A stretch of 64,000 bases of DNA from Corallochytrium limacisporum Hawaii (taxonomy: Eukaryota; Protista; Pluriformea), in the NCBI GenBank assembly GCA_002811645.1, contig PDIP01000112.1, forward strand, positions 1-64,000. Direction: 5' to 3'. Every line of letters begins with the position of its first letter. Position 1 is the first letter of the stretch. The translations under genes were made by a program, and so were the position numbers. Below the pieces are notes generated by a model that was given only the letters and a program-made list of their open reading frames with translations, had not been told where the DNA came from and ran no database searches. Shown here piece after piece: positions 20,016 through 31,754 of the stretch.

Positions 20016-21459
20016 GTTTGTCCGTTACCCCACCTGACCTAAGTTCTACTAAATGTAATTCACACTGAAACTGTCTATTTGATCACAATCACATGACGCG
20101 ACAGTAACCCATCGTCACGGTGTATGGCAACAAGCAACCTTCCAGTAGCCTCAAGCTCCAATGATCCATGCCGAAAGTTAAATATCTTTTGTGGGGTGTG
20201 TATCAACATCATGTACTTGCAGCAATGTATCACCGGCTCGGCTGTCGTCATCAGCTCGAGGAATCCAAGTGTTTCATATATGCTTGTCCCGATACGCATT
20301 TTGAGACCTCCCATAGAATTGCACCACGCTACGCGAGGGCCTACAGATAACCTCCCCTTGGGGAGGGGGGGAGGGCACCAAGACACCATGTGACCGGCGT
20401 ATGGGCAATCTCGACCGGAAACGGTCAGACCTACCGCAAAGTTCAGGGAGAGAAGGGAGAGGCTGTGATTCTTCTGCATCAACATCCCGGTGAATGTCCT
20501 AGTGTCTCCAAAGAGCAATCCTTTCTGCTGCGCCTAACGCCTATCTGTAACAACGCAGCGACAACCAGTTGAAAACTACTGCGGTAGTACACAGAGCTAG
20601 CGTGTTTTCGTGGGAGGTGATCAAATAAAACGGATCCCCTACAAACTGTCTTAATTAAATTTAGGAGTCTATTTTGTGCAGGGTGCAGTAGGGATTGATT
20701 TTTCACTGGGCCTAGCATCTCGGATGGAACTCACAATCTTCGCTTGGTTTGGTGCCCCGGACCTGAGACGTCCGTCCGGTTCAGGCGCAAACCAGTACGC
20801 AACACCAAGAAAATGTTGCTCCGGGCAGTCGAGGGGAGCTCACCAAAACACAAGCGAAGTGATTGGAAACCTTAAGCGCTGAATCTCTATGCAACTAGGG
20901 AACCCACAGCCCCATTCATTCCCACATGTACCATTGACACGAACCGTTGCTCCCCCTAAAGAGCGATGGTCTCCCATTTGGTGGCTGTTCATTGTTGTTC
21001 CGTAAGCAGGCAATTAGGTGGCGGAGGATTCCCCCCCCGGTCAGGCCCCCCTTCCCCGGGGCGGGGGCGAGACAGCGGTTTACAGCAAGCTCTGGGCACT
21101 GCTGAGACACAGAGGTGCGCACCAGCTGCGCAGGGCATGAATAATTGAATAGGAGAGACGTCGTGTGTTCCGCGAGTAACATCCACGTCCATACAGCATA
21201 TGGTCTATACAAACTCGTGGCCTGGACCAACACGACCCGCGGCTGATAACGAGCTTGGCAGCCGTCCTTGGCGCCTAAAGCCGCTCAGGGATTGTCGTGA
21301 TTGAACCCGGCTGATACATGTTTCTCCGCTGCCAACCCTCTATGGGTAGAAGAGGGTGCAATGGGGTTGTCTGTATCTAGCTTGTGAATCCTGCAGACTT
21401 CGACTAACTTCTGTTTTCCGAGCAGTATACCGTTTTACCGGTGGACAGTAGCAGACAAG

Positions 21460-23271
21460 ATGCGGATCTCAAGTGCAAAGTCCGTGATCTTCTTTGGCGT
21501 GGCCTGTGGTGCCGTTGTGATTGAGCGTCCGGATGAGGTGCCCGGTGTGATACAGGACGAAGCCTGGAAGGTTCGTTTGGCCGATGACGGTACCCCCGTG
21601 TACCCTGAGTCGTATACAATCAGCGGTACTTTCTCTCTTCCCTACGCTTCTATCGTTACCCCTTATGTGTTAAGTGTGGACAACAAGAAGGGCCGCGAGT
21701 ACTTGGGTTGGTATGATGGCCTGGACTCCTTCCTCTACGACTACGAAGATGGCGTGATCTACGAGAACTTTATCTGGTACGATAGGCCTCGGTGTTTATT
21801 TTCCAAGTCTGCTCCAGGGACACAGCCTCAACAGCCTTCTCCACCTCTAGTCTTTTTCCCAAACATTACCCAAGCCAACGGCTTCGACTACAAGGGCACA
21901 GAGGACTGTCCCGGACAGCGTCAGTTTGCATGCCATTGGTGGCAGAAAAAAGATCCTGAGGCGAAGCGTGTGACAACCTTCACGTTCTGGGCAGTCGATG
22001 ACGGTGCATACACACCATGGCAATACACCATGATGGGCTATGATGTGGTATTTGCCAGTCACTACGATCAATATGTTATTAGATACACCGCTTTCAGTGG
22101 CTACCCCGTGGACGATCTCCTCGAACTGCCTGGTCACTGCAAAGAGTTTGTCAACGACGGCCACCTGGAAGCTACTGGGGCACTCCCTGTGTCTGCTGCT
22201 TCGGAGGACCGACAAGCCCATCACTTTAACATCTTTAGTCTGGTTCAGGACTTCATGCAGGGTGTTGACCATTCCTACAGGCGTTTCAAGGAACATGTAG
22301 CGAACTTCGGGGACAAGCTGGCCCTCCCTGACGGGGAGAGGCAGAACTTCTCAGGCAACCATGAGGAGCTGCACCACCGCCTCCCTCACTTTGTGAAGAA
22401 TATGCACCGAGTCAATCACATGAACCTCAACTCCAAGGGTGAGACTACGTATGGGGTGAACCACTTTGCATTGTTGTCTAAGGACGAATGGCACCCCTTC
22501 CTCATGGGTTATCGGCGCCTGGACGATGATACTCGTCCAAAGCCTCTAACCAAAGTGGAAGTCTACGACCCGGTGCACAGACCCAGCGCTCCTCAGACGA
22601 AGGATTGGCGCCTGGAGGGTGCAGTGGGCCACGTGCGTGACCAAGGCATCTGCGGTAGTTGCTGGGCATTCAGTGCCTCCGAAACGCTACAAGCACAGTG
22701 GTTCCTACAGACCGGTGAACAGGACGACCTAAGCAGTCAACAGCTCATGGATTGTTCGTGGGACTATGGTAACATGGCCTGTGATGGTGGTGAAGGTCCT
22801 GCCGCCCTACAGTACGTCATCGACAACGGTGGATTACAGTACACCAACGATTACGAATACGAAATGGTCGACGATTACTGTCGCTACAATCCGGCCAAGG
22901 GTGCTGCTACAGCGGCAGGCATTGTAAGAATCGACGAGGGCGATGAGGCTGCGCTAGAGTCTGCAGCTGGTACGGTGGGCCCGATCTCCGTGGCTTACGA
23001 CGCTGGCCATGACAGTATGGTCTTCTATTCGTCCGGCATATACTACGAGCCAGAGTGCTCTAGCACCGACTTAGACCACGCTGTGATGGTAGTCGGCTAT
23101 GGTATCGACAAAGAGGCTCCTGAGGGCAAACAGGAGTACTGGATTGTCAAGAACTCCTGGAGTGAGTACTGGGGTAGTCAGGGTTACTTCTGGCTTGCGA
23201 AGAATCGTGACAACCACTGCGGTATCGCAACGGATGCTGGATACCCAACCATCAAGACTAATCCTGCATGA
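21460..23271 (+). CDS. Papain-family cysteine protease, 26/29-kDa-proteinase / CfaD type
   Basis: Signal peptide, long N-terminal prodomain, I29 region, catalytic motifs QGICGSCWAFS, LDHAVMVVGYG and YWIVKNSW. Confidence 0.93.
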   Translation: MRISSAKSVIFFGVACGAVVIERPDEVPGVIQDEAWKVRLADDGTPVYPESYTISGTFSLPYASIVTPYVLSVDNKKGREYLGWYDGLDSFLYDYEDGVIYENFIWYDRPRCLFSKSAPGTQPQQPSPPLVFFPNITQANGFDYKGTEDCPGQRQFACHWWQKKDPEAKRVTTFTFWAVDDGAYTPWQYTMMGYDVVFASHYDQYVIRYTAFSGYPVDDLLELPGHCKEFVNDGHLEATGALPVSAASEDRQAHHFNIFSLVQDFMQGVDHSYRRFKEHVANFGDKLALPDGERQNFSGNHEELHHRLPHFVKNMHRVNHMNLNSKGETTYGVNHFALLSKDEWHPFLMGYRRLDDDTRPKPLTKVEVYDPVHRPSAPQTKDWRLEGAVGHVRDQGICGSCWAFSASETLQAQWFLQTGEQDDLSSQQLMDCSWDYGNMACDGGEGPAALQYVIDNGGLQYTNDYEYEMVDDYCRYNPAKGAATAAGIVRIDEGDEAALESAAGTVGPISVAYDAGHDSMVFYSSGIYYEPECSSTDLDHAVMVVGYGIDKEAPEGKQEYWIVKNSWSEYWGSQGYFWLAKNRDNHCGIATDAGYPTIKTNPA

Positions 23272-23477
23272 AAATGTGACAAGGACCGGTGCAACCAGCT
23301 TCCTGCCGGTTTGCTTCCCTTTTGCCTGGCATGGACATCTTCCCAACCGTTCTGTGTGGATTGAGAACCACTGTGACACAGAAGAGACAGCTAGATTACA
23401 CTTTGACTTTTGTTTGTGAATGTGATAGGTATGGTACTGTATGTTTATGGCCATGTGATAGCGCATAGCTGCTGATG

Positions 23478-24665
23478 TTAGTTGCGAGACTTGAGCCAGT
23501 AGGAGTACTGATCCGGGAAGACATATTGAGCCTTGTCAAGTGCTAGCTCCTTGGCAGCCACGTAGGGCCAGTGCGGATTCCTCAACATCGTACGGGCGAG
23601 AAGGATGGTGTCGAGGGTACCGTTATCGATCGCTTCATTGGCTTTCTTTGGGTCCGTAATATTCCACGACGTGCCGAACACAGGTTTGTGCTCTTGGTTG
23701 CAAGCGTGCTCGAGAACAGCAGTGCGGATCCGCTCCACGATGGGAAATAGCATATTCTCGCCCCACGGTGCACGCTTTGCCAAATTGGGATCGTTGAAAC
23801 TCATGCTAATATCAAACAAATCCACACCCAGGTCGGCCAGTTCCTTGCATAATTCAGTGCTTTCTTTCTCGCTTAGGTACTCTGGGTTGTCTTCCATAAA
23901 TTCAGTGACTCCCAGACGAATTGCGAGCACGTGATCATCTGGGATCACCGCACGCATTGCCTTGACAATGTCTTTGATAATTTTAGAGCGAGATTCCCAA
24001 GTCTCACCTCCGTACTCTCCGGTACGCTTGTTTGAGTGCTTACTCAGGAACTGAGAGCAGAGGTAGCCATGAGCAGCATGCAGCTGGTGCACCTGCATCC
24101 CCAATTCTACTGTACGCTTGGTGGCATCCGCAAATGCCTGGATCACTTCCTTGATCTCCGCGTCAGTAAGCTCCCTGGGCATCTTGGGGAGTTCGGCACC
24201 GTAGGGAATCGCAGAAGCAGACACAACCTCCCATCCTTTCTCATCGTCGTCGGGTATGTGAGCACCGCCGTTCTCCCAAGGTCGATGGGAACTGCCCTTC
24301 CGTCCAGCATGGGCCAGCTGCGCACCCGCAATTGCGCCATGGGCTTTGATGAAGTCCACAATAGGTTTCATTTGGTCCCGTTGTTTGTCATTCCAGAGAC
24401 CGGCATCACCCCAAGTTATGCGCCCCTCGGGCACAACACCCAGTGCCTCGGTAAATACCAGACCAGCACCACCACGGGCCATGCCACCTAAATGCACAGT
24501 GTGCCACTGGTTCATGACTCCATCGTTTGCAGAGTACTGACACATGGGACTGACAATGATACGATTGCGCAGAGTCACACCGCGAATAGTCAGCGGAGAG
24601 AACAGAGACGGCAGTGCAGCACCGCCACTGCTCAGGGCACGAGCTCCTGTGGTTACGTTAGTCAT
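23478..24665 (-). CDS. NADH:flavin oxidoreductase (old yellow enzyme, XenA/YqjM type)
   Basis: LRNRIIVSPMCQYSA, QLAHAGRK, HAAHGYL, SNKRTGEYGG, NPHWP; first in-frame ATG at 24665. Confidence 0.93.
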   Translation of the reverse strand: MTNVTTGARALSSGGAALPSLFSPLTIRGVTLRNRIIVSPMCQYSANDGVMNQWHTVHLGGMARGGAGLVFTEALGVVPEGRITWGDAGLWNDKQRDQMKPIVDFIKAHGAIAGAQLAHAGRKGSSHRPWENGGAHIPDDDEKGWEVVSASAIPYGAELPKMPRELTDAEIKEVIQAFADATKRTVELGMQVHQLHAAHGYLCSQFLSKHSNKRTGEYGGETWESRSKIIKDIVKAMRAVIPDDHVLAIRLGVTEFMEDNPEYLSEKESTELCKELADLGVDLFDISMSFNDPNLAKRAPWGENMLFPIVERIRTAVLEHACNQEHKPVFGTSWNITDPKKANEAIDNGTLDTILLARTMLRNPHWPYVAAKELALDKAQYVFPDQYSYWLKSRN

Positions 24666-25906
24666 GGTTGTTGGGGTATTGCTTGTGTGCACGGAAAGGC
24701 TGTATCAGCTGCCTCGTCAGCCTTGGCTCGTCCTGGCTTGTACTGATTTTGGGACCCATAGGATCATACAGCATCATGCATCAATTTGCCGAAATAGTGT
24801 CAGGCCCGCTATCTCACATACCTACACGAGAGAAACAAGAAAGCTGAACGAATGTGTGTACCCACTCTCCGGCAAAGTTCGCCATGAGAGTGACCAATCG
24901 GGCCTATCTTTGGCCGTCGCGCCGGCGTATCGCTAGTATGCAGCAAGCACACTTCCCATAGCCATCTGTCGTCGCTCCCTGTCCCCTCGGAGACACCTCC
25001 TTCTCCTACTCGCGCACACTGACCCGTGCACAAGCTTCCCTTACCATTGTCAGTACTCAATGTACGACAATCTCAATAAGAAACAACAACTTGTCACGGC
25101 GAAGGGGGGTCAGTGGATTACGGCAGAGAGAAGTAAAACGAAAGGAGGGGCCGCGGCGGAAAGAAAGAAGGGGACAGAGACAAAGAGAGCCGATAAAGAG
25201 CGAGAGATGGACAGAGAGAGAGATGGGGAGAGAGAGATGGAGAGAGAGAGAGAGAGGGAGAGCAGGGACCCTCCGACGGTATTCCCAAATTACATACACA
25301 CACACAGAGTCTTCCCCGTCCGGGCCCCTTCGTTATGCCCCGCTCATTTGCGAACCGAAGAAGCAGAGAGGACTCAAAAGCAGCGGACGGGAGCGGACAG
25401 AGGTGGAGACGTGTGTAGGGTGTGTGTGTGTTAGAGCGGGGGCCGATGCGACCCCCCATTTTTTTCCTTGCAGAGGGGGAAGAGGACGTGATTGGAATTA
25501 CGCACTCTTATCCACTGTCACCATGGTCATATTGGCAACGTTCAACAGGAACAGCGAGGAAATGGGCAAAGTGTGTACCATTGGTACGAGTCATCAACAT
25601 GCTGGCAGGCTTTCGTAGGATTCGAAACGACGGTGTGTCCTGCTTGAATAGTACATGATGGTTGGTGGTCGTCTATTCACGTCGTGGTAGTTTGTATTTT
25701 CGCATCTTTACAGAATGGTTTGATCAATGGGAATGGGTTGGGGTAATGAAAAGGATTTGATCTTGTCCTTTCACCCGATCATGTGTTCTTTTCACGGTTT
25801 CCAACTTTGTGTTGATGAAGAATGTCAAATGCGACAGTTGCTGCGTAAGCAAGAGGGAAACCAGTCATGGAATATGAAAGCTACTAAATTGCCTTGCTGA
25901 CCCTTC

Positions 25907-27133
25907 TTAATCCGAGTGCTCGTGGATGTTTAGTGCTTCGATATTGCGACGGATGCACTCGATCAGAGAGTCCTCGTGGAAGGGCATATCGTACTTCTTC
26001 AGGAACGCCTTAACGTGAGGCGATGACTTGGGCAGATTGACCCGGGGCATCATGGGGAACATGTGGTGCTCAACCTGGCGGCTGATGAAACCAGTGAAGT
26101 AGTCCACCAGCAAACCTCCAGTGATATTGCGAGAAGTGCGGACGGTCTGTTCAATGAAGGCCATACCATGATCTTTGCCTAGGCGCTCCTCGCCGTAGTG
26201 GGTGCTGAAAACGACGGAGGCGGTCCAGAAGCCCTTCAGTGCCATGTGAACCGCCCAGTGGGAGAAGGTGGCAGTGGAGAAGACCCAGGCAATGAAGACG
26301 TAGTTGCTCAACAGAGCTACCGTGTTCTTCCACCATCCACGGGAAACACAGAAAATCACGGACTCCACCTGCCAATAGAAGTGGAGCAGGCACAGAACCG
26401 GCAGGAAGTAGTACTGCTGGTACTTTTGGACCCAGTTCAGCTTTTGTTTGACGTAGACGAAGACGGGGGCAGTGCGAATATCAGGGTCGTTGCCGACCTC
26501 GTTGGTGACCACGTGATGAGTATTATGGCGGGCCTTCCACCAAAAGAGTTCGTAGCCCTGTGTCCATCCGAGGAAGGCAGCTACACGGTCATTGGCCTGG
26601 GGAGAGGCAAAGACGGAGTGGTGGGAGTAGTCATGCGCGAGCCAGCCGGCTTGCTGGAGACCGAAGGCTAGGAGGATGGTACCGACCCATTGCCATGTGG
26701 TAAAGTGGACGAGGTAGGCACCAAAGATCTGAGGACCCATGGTGAGGAACATTTTGAAAACTTCATCCGTCCAGTTAGTCTTGAAACAACCAATTTCCTG
26801 CAGCTTGCGACGCAGGTTCACAAAGTCCGTGGCGATGTCTTCCTTGGGAGCCCAAGACGGCAGATCCACTCCCTCCTTGTAGTCCTCACTCTTGGCCAGG
26901 AAGGCATCCAGCTGCTTAATGGCCTTAGGAGAGTGGAACGCTTCGAACTGCTCAGTGGCATCGCGGCCGGCGAACACCTTCAGCACCTTCTGACCCCCGG
27001 GGTGCCGCTTTGCCCATTGAGCCACCTTGACCTTCTTTCCATAAAGGACTACATACCAGTCCTTACCCGAGGTGGCTGGAGCTTTGTTGATCGCAGGAGC
27101 ATCCTTGGATGCGGTAATAGCATTGGGTGGCAT
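25907..27133 (-). CDS. Front-end fatty acid desaturase with cytochrome b5 fusion (Delta-8/Delta-6 type)
   Basis: HPGG b5 motif; His boxes HDYSHH, HNTHH and QVEHH. Confidence 0.93.
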   Translation of the reverse strand: MPPNAITASKDAPAINKAPATSGKDWYVVLYGKKVKVAQWAKRHPGGQKVLKVFAGRDATEQFEAFHSPKAIKQLDAFLAKSEDYKEGVDLPSWAPKEDIATDFVNLRRKLQEIGCFKTNWTDEVFKMFLTMGPQIFGAYLVHFTTWQWVGTILLAFGLQQAGWLAHDYSHHSVFASPQANDRVAAFLGWTQGYELFWWKARHNTHHVVTNEVGNDPDIRTAPVFVYVKQKLNWVQKYQQYYFLPVLCLLHFYWQVESVIFCVSRGWWKNTVALLSNYVFIAWVFSTATFSHWAVHMALKGFWTASVVFSTHYGEERLGKDHGMAFIEQTVRTSRNITGGLLVDYFTGFISRQVEHHMFPMMPRVNLPKSSPHVKAFLKKYDMPFHEDSLIECIRRNIEALNIHEHSD

Positions 27134-28844
27134 GACTACTTGACTATCGAACCGAGAGCTCTGTCCTACTATCCGATGCTATTTCTTTACGTTTTGGGAA
27201 GGGGTTTATGACGATTTAAGAGACAATCTAGGTTCGATTTCTTATACCACCTGTCCTGTCATCCACTATCAATCACAATTGGGGATACCATCTGCAATCT
27301 AAGTTTTCTACTCTCGCACCGGTTTCTCGACACTGTAGGACGCACATTCGTCATCACGGTCCTCATGGCTTAAGGTAGGTACCAACTTCTACGGGATGTG
27401 ATGCGGTGCTATTTCAAGTGCCAGTGTTTCTCGCGTTCAAAACGTACCGCAATCTCGAAGACCACCAATACTACCCACGGGAGGGTTTTCGGAAACTTAT
27501 ATTCCCACTTCTCTTATTTCGAAATTGTCATCCAAGGACATCTATTGAGATCACTTAAAGGTCCCTTCGTATGCTTCTTTGCAGTGTTGGGTGCATAAAC
27601 GAAGATCGTTATCATGTTCAGAAGTGCCACACATGCACTCCGGACCAACCCTTTCCCCTCTTCCCTCCACCTGTTCCAGCGATTATTCTTCGTGCGACAC
27701 CCGACGGGAACCCCAAAAAATTCGCTCTCATACTGAATATACCGGAATGGAGCTCGGATTCCCAGACCAGCGCTGCTCAACCCCCCTTCCCATCCACCTC
27801 GGGACACCCATCCCCCTCCGCCCCCCCAAAAAAGTTTACCTTGAAAAGTCCGAGCCAATCGCACGACCAAAGGCCCACTTTTCTCCCAGTCCTGCTTTCC
27901 CTCGCTCCCCCTAACAGGGGAGAGTGCTCCTCTCCCAGACACAGCTCTCGCTGCCATAATTTTTTTCATCAAATATTGGGAAAGCACGATTGGTTTTGGA
28001 CCCGAGTCCGTACCCCCACCCACCACCCCCCCCTTAGCGCGCGGGCACAACTACCCGCCCAGCTGTACTTCGGGGAAAGCCAGGTACATTGGTAGTTTTG
28101 ACTCTTCTGGCTTTCTTGCGCAACGCACCGGGGGTGGGATACGTGATAGTGAATGTACGAGAAAGATGTGATATCCTGAGAACAAGTTGGGAGTGAGGGG
28201 GCTCTTGGGAGTGGGGGAGCGTAAGGGGAAGGAGGCGCGTAGAAACATTTTTTGGGGCAACCAGCGCAGCAGGCCGCCACACACTGTCAGCCACACACTG
28301 TCAGCCACACACATCACCACTGTGAGCGAGGAGGCAGCTGGGCGACAGTCTATGGAACCGGGAGCACTTGAGAGCGGTGTCTTCTTGCCGCGGCTGGGGC
28401 CGCCACTGGGCCCAAGGAGCTGGAGCGCACGTATGAGAAAATGCTCAGCCAAACAGCATTGATGAGCACTCGGCACGCACACTCATTCGCATACACGCAC
28501 ACACCAACAAAGCACACGGGACCAGAGCACCCCCCAACCATGGCCCTCCACCCCAACGGGCGCCCCCCTCCGGGAGGGGGGGGGGGGTTCCACCTTTCTT
28601 AGTAGAGGACTCCGCAGTGCATTGCGATCGCACTAGCTCACTATCGGTGTATGGCAATGCCTCCCGTCGTTGTTAGCAAATTACTGTAATGGCGCTGTGA
28701 AGGTGATGGGTGCACTCTTCTGTTTATTCGAATCCTTTGAGTAATTGGGTAGGGGGCAGACCGGAAGCAGAACTGTGCTATGAAGGATTGGTGTCCCGTA
28801 GGCCCAGACAGGCCCCACTCGAGAGACACAATTGCTGCGTAGGG

Positions 28845-28972
28845 AGTCGGCAAACGAAGAAAAAGGCTCAGGCAAACAGATGAGTTGTCTATGAATTCAA
28901 AAGACGTTCTTTGCCCATCTGGCCGTCATGGTTGAGAAGATATATATCTCATTCTTCTCGGTGTTGCCGACT
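28845..28972 (-). promoter_or_regulatory. SECIS element (type II-like) in the 3' UTR of the selenophosphate synthetase
   Basis: Minus strand reads AUGA-C-GGC-CAGAUGGG-C-AAA-GAAC-GUCU...AGAC-AA-CUCAUCUG-UUU-GCC-UGAG (core 28929-28867), closed by a perfect 9-bp helix 28964-28972/28845-28853; about 250 nt after the stop codon. Confidence 0.75.
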
Positions 28973-29176
28973 GAAAATGAAACACATCACACGAGTACAC
29001 TTCTCTGCAATTAGTCGGTTCCGCATAGAGAAGAGGCTTGGAGGTTTGAAGAGCGTATGATGTTTCTTCTGTGCGTTCCATTCTCCGTATTCCTGCAGTC
29101 TGTTCAGGTCTGTAGGGCCCAAAGAACTGGCTCAGATCAATCGATTTCCATTGAGAGGTTGTGATATCCACCTTCA

Positions 29177-30367
29177 CTACCGTGACGTATCGTAGTCCGC
29201 CTTAGTGACCTCGATGATCTTGTAGTCCGGCGCAATTTCCGCGTAGTGTTCGCTTGCGGTGCCATCTGGCGCCTCGGTCACGTCTCCGATGATCCAAGCC
29301 GGACATCCTTCGAGCTCCATCAAACGTTGGCAAAACGATTCTGCCTTGTCTGCGCTTACACCGATCAACAGACCACCGGAAGTCTCTGCTGAGTACCCTT
29401 CAAGAAGCATAAAATCATATCCGGCTTTGACCTTGGTCATGCCGGCAATTATGGGAAGTGTGTGGATGCTGAACTTGAGCGGTTTGGCATGCTTCTGTGC
29501 CAGCGCAAGGTTTGTGGCGTGACCCAAAGGACCAAAACCAGTTATGTCGGTTGCACCGTGGGCATCGAATTCGTGCATCACTCGCGCAGCCCCACGATTC
29601 AAACGTGCCATTGCATGACAGGCAATAGAGTATGCCTCATAGATCGCTTCCTCCGTCAGCCCGGCATCCATGATGGCTTTTAGAAGTGTCGGGGAGGTAT
29701 CCAGCCATTGATGAGCATTCACGGCTGGCTGGGTACCCAAAGGCTTCGTCAAGATCAGTTTATCCCCTGGACGAATGTTATACGGCATGATATATTCGTC
29801 TTTGTGACAGATCGATGAGGCCACACCTCCGACAATCACCCACGGGTTCAGGACAGTCTGTCCGCCTGCCACGGGGCTTCCTGCTGCTGTTGCGGTATCG
29901 GCAAAGCCTTGTATCAATTTCGAAGTAGTTATAGACTTCTCTACCGCAGTCATATCCCGGCTGGCACCCAAAAGCATGAGCATATTGTCGACCTTGTCAA
30001 CTCCCATGGCGTACACATCACTGAGGACATTGGCGCATGCGATCTTACCTTGTAGGTAGGGATCTTCCACCAATGGATAGAAGAAATCAGTACTTTGCAC
30101 AAGGTCTATGCCCCTATGTCGTGTCGGGATGACACAACTATCGAGGCCGACACCGATGCCACCAACCACAGACTGGCCTGCTTCCCCCAAATTCTTTAAC
30201 AATTCTTTAAGCTCTTCATGCGGAACCTTGCAACCTCATCCCTTCAATTTCGTGAATTTCGTTAACCGAAACTTTGGTTCCAACCCATCACTTTCCGGAA
30301 AGTAACGATCCGGAAAGAATGCTGAATGTTGGCGCTTTGGTGCAGAATCTGTGTCCTGCGTTGCCAT
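29177..30367 (-). CDS. SEPHS2: Selenophosphate synthetase 2, a selenoprotein (UGA = Sec at codon 44), 396 aa
   Basis: From ATG 30367 the frame reads ...FRLTKFTKLKG-UGA(30238-30236)-GCKVP, then joins the listed ORF in frame (DFFYPLVEDPYLQGKIACANVLSDVYAMG, ATDITGFG, AETSGGLL). Confidence 0.93.
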
Positions 30368-30770
30368 TGTGTTATTTGGAAGAACGCAGGTACTCTATGC
30401 CCTGCACTAAGTCACTCCACCTGAATATTGGAACATGGCTAGCCATTCGTAGTTCACTGCTGAAAACGAGATTTTAAATAAGATAACGGCACCGTGGAAT
30501 CGAAAACGTTTTATTTTTGCCCTATAGTGCTCTCCTCCCGGGAGGGGGAATTTTGGTCAGCTGGGTTCACTGATAGGCCACGGCGGGTCTCAACCGCACG
30601 CGCCCCATCAGCCCTCCCCCGGGGCGTTGTTGGACCAGGGAAGCGCGGGGCGGTCAGCACATTGTTCAATTTGTCCTCCCCGCACTTTCGTTTCCCCATC
30701 GCATTCCAGCGGTCCCTACCGGTACGGTCCGGGTCCCGTCGAGGTCTCTTGTGACGAACAGTTGGAACCA

Positions 30771-31430
30771 TCAGTTGTCACTGCTATCCTGGGGGCCGTG
30801 GTTCTCATCTTCCTTTGCCAGAGTGTCCCAGAAATCGTCACCGTTGTCTTCGCCGAGTCCGTTAGCCTCAAAGTGCAGGTCGGCATCCACGTCGTCCCAC
30901 ACGGCGTCGGATTCGGCGGTGAATTCCGTCTCTGGTTCACCGCCCGCGAAGACGGACTCCTTGGGAGATTCAGTTTCTTTGGTGGTTTTGCTCTTGACCG
31001 GGGCCAAGGCATCGTCAAAGGCAACGGGGTCCGGCTCAGGCACGTACTCTGCATCGGTCTTGAAATCTACTCCCTCAGGAAAATACTTCTTTCTGCGCTC
31101 AGCATTGGCCTTTGCAAGCCTTTCCTTGAACCGATTGGTACGCTTCTTCGGCTTAGCGGTTTCTACACTTTGTGAGCTTTTAATGTCAACCTTGGTCTGA
31201 TGTTTTTGCTTAGGTTCCAGAGGCTTCAGTGTTTTCGACCGAGCGGGCTGATCGACAGGTCCAACGGACTTTCCCGGGGCCTTCTGGGTCTTGGCAGTGT
31301 TTCCAATGTCGCCGAGGGCACGCCGAGTCTTGCTCTTTTGTGATTCCGCCCCGAAAGTCTTTGCATTGCCTGTATTGGGTCCTGCAATGTTTTCAGTCAG
31401 ATTTTCATTCCTTACCGACAGCCCGGCCAT
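30771..31430 (-). CDS. Securin-like disordered APC/C substrate (219 aa)
   Basis: D-box RRALGDIGN, basic N-half and acidic C-half, DAEYVP motif resembling the securin D/E-I-E-Y-x-P motif; ATG at 31430. Confidence 0.55.
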   Translation of the reverse strand: MAGLSVRNENLTENIAGPNTGNAKTFGAESQKSKTRRALGDIGNTAKTQKAPGKSVGPVDQPARSKTLKPLEPKQKHQTKVDIKSSQSVETAKPKKRTNRFKERLAKANAERRKKYFPEGVDFKTDAEYVPEPDPVAFDDALAPVKSKTTKETESPKESVFAGGEPETEFTAESDAVWDDVDADLHFEANGLGEDNGDDFWDTLAKEDENHGPQDSSDN

Positions 31431-31736
31431 AGTTAATCTTTTCGCTCTATATCTCCCTTGATTCTTGGACTTTCCTGTGTTCACTCTTAGCTATGTTGTC
31501 GCGCTACGCTTTCTCGAGTTATGAATGATGTGAAATTCCTGAATGTTGTGAGCGTCAGTTTCCATTATACCTTGCGAGATGTGTTGCAATGTGGGTCCGG
31601 AAACTAATTTGAGGGGGACTCCAGGAATTCAACACTGTCCGAGCCAGCGGACGAAAGACCAAAGATAGCTGCCGACAGCGGCCCCTGGCCCGTCACAGAG
31701 GTGAATACTCTCACCCCAAGTCGCCCAAAAAAAAAA

Positions 31737-31754
31737 TTCGAACCGCTCCCGCGC
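31737..31754 (-). promoter_or_regulatory. E2F/CDE plus CHR-like tandem element (GCGCGGGA-N4-TTCGAA)
   Basis: Exact 4-nt spacing, oriented toward the securin-like gene about 310 bp downstream. Confidence 0.4.

Noticed and set aside
29177-30202. SPS as a truncated gene or pseudogene starting at TTG
   Set aside because: The upstream stop is a UGA at the conserved Sec position and a SECIS candidate is present.
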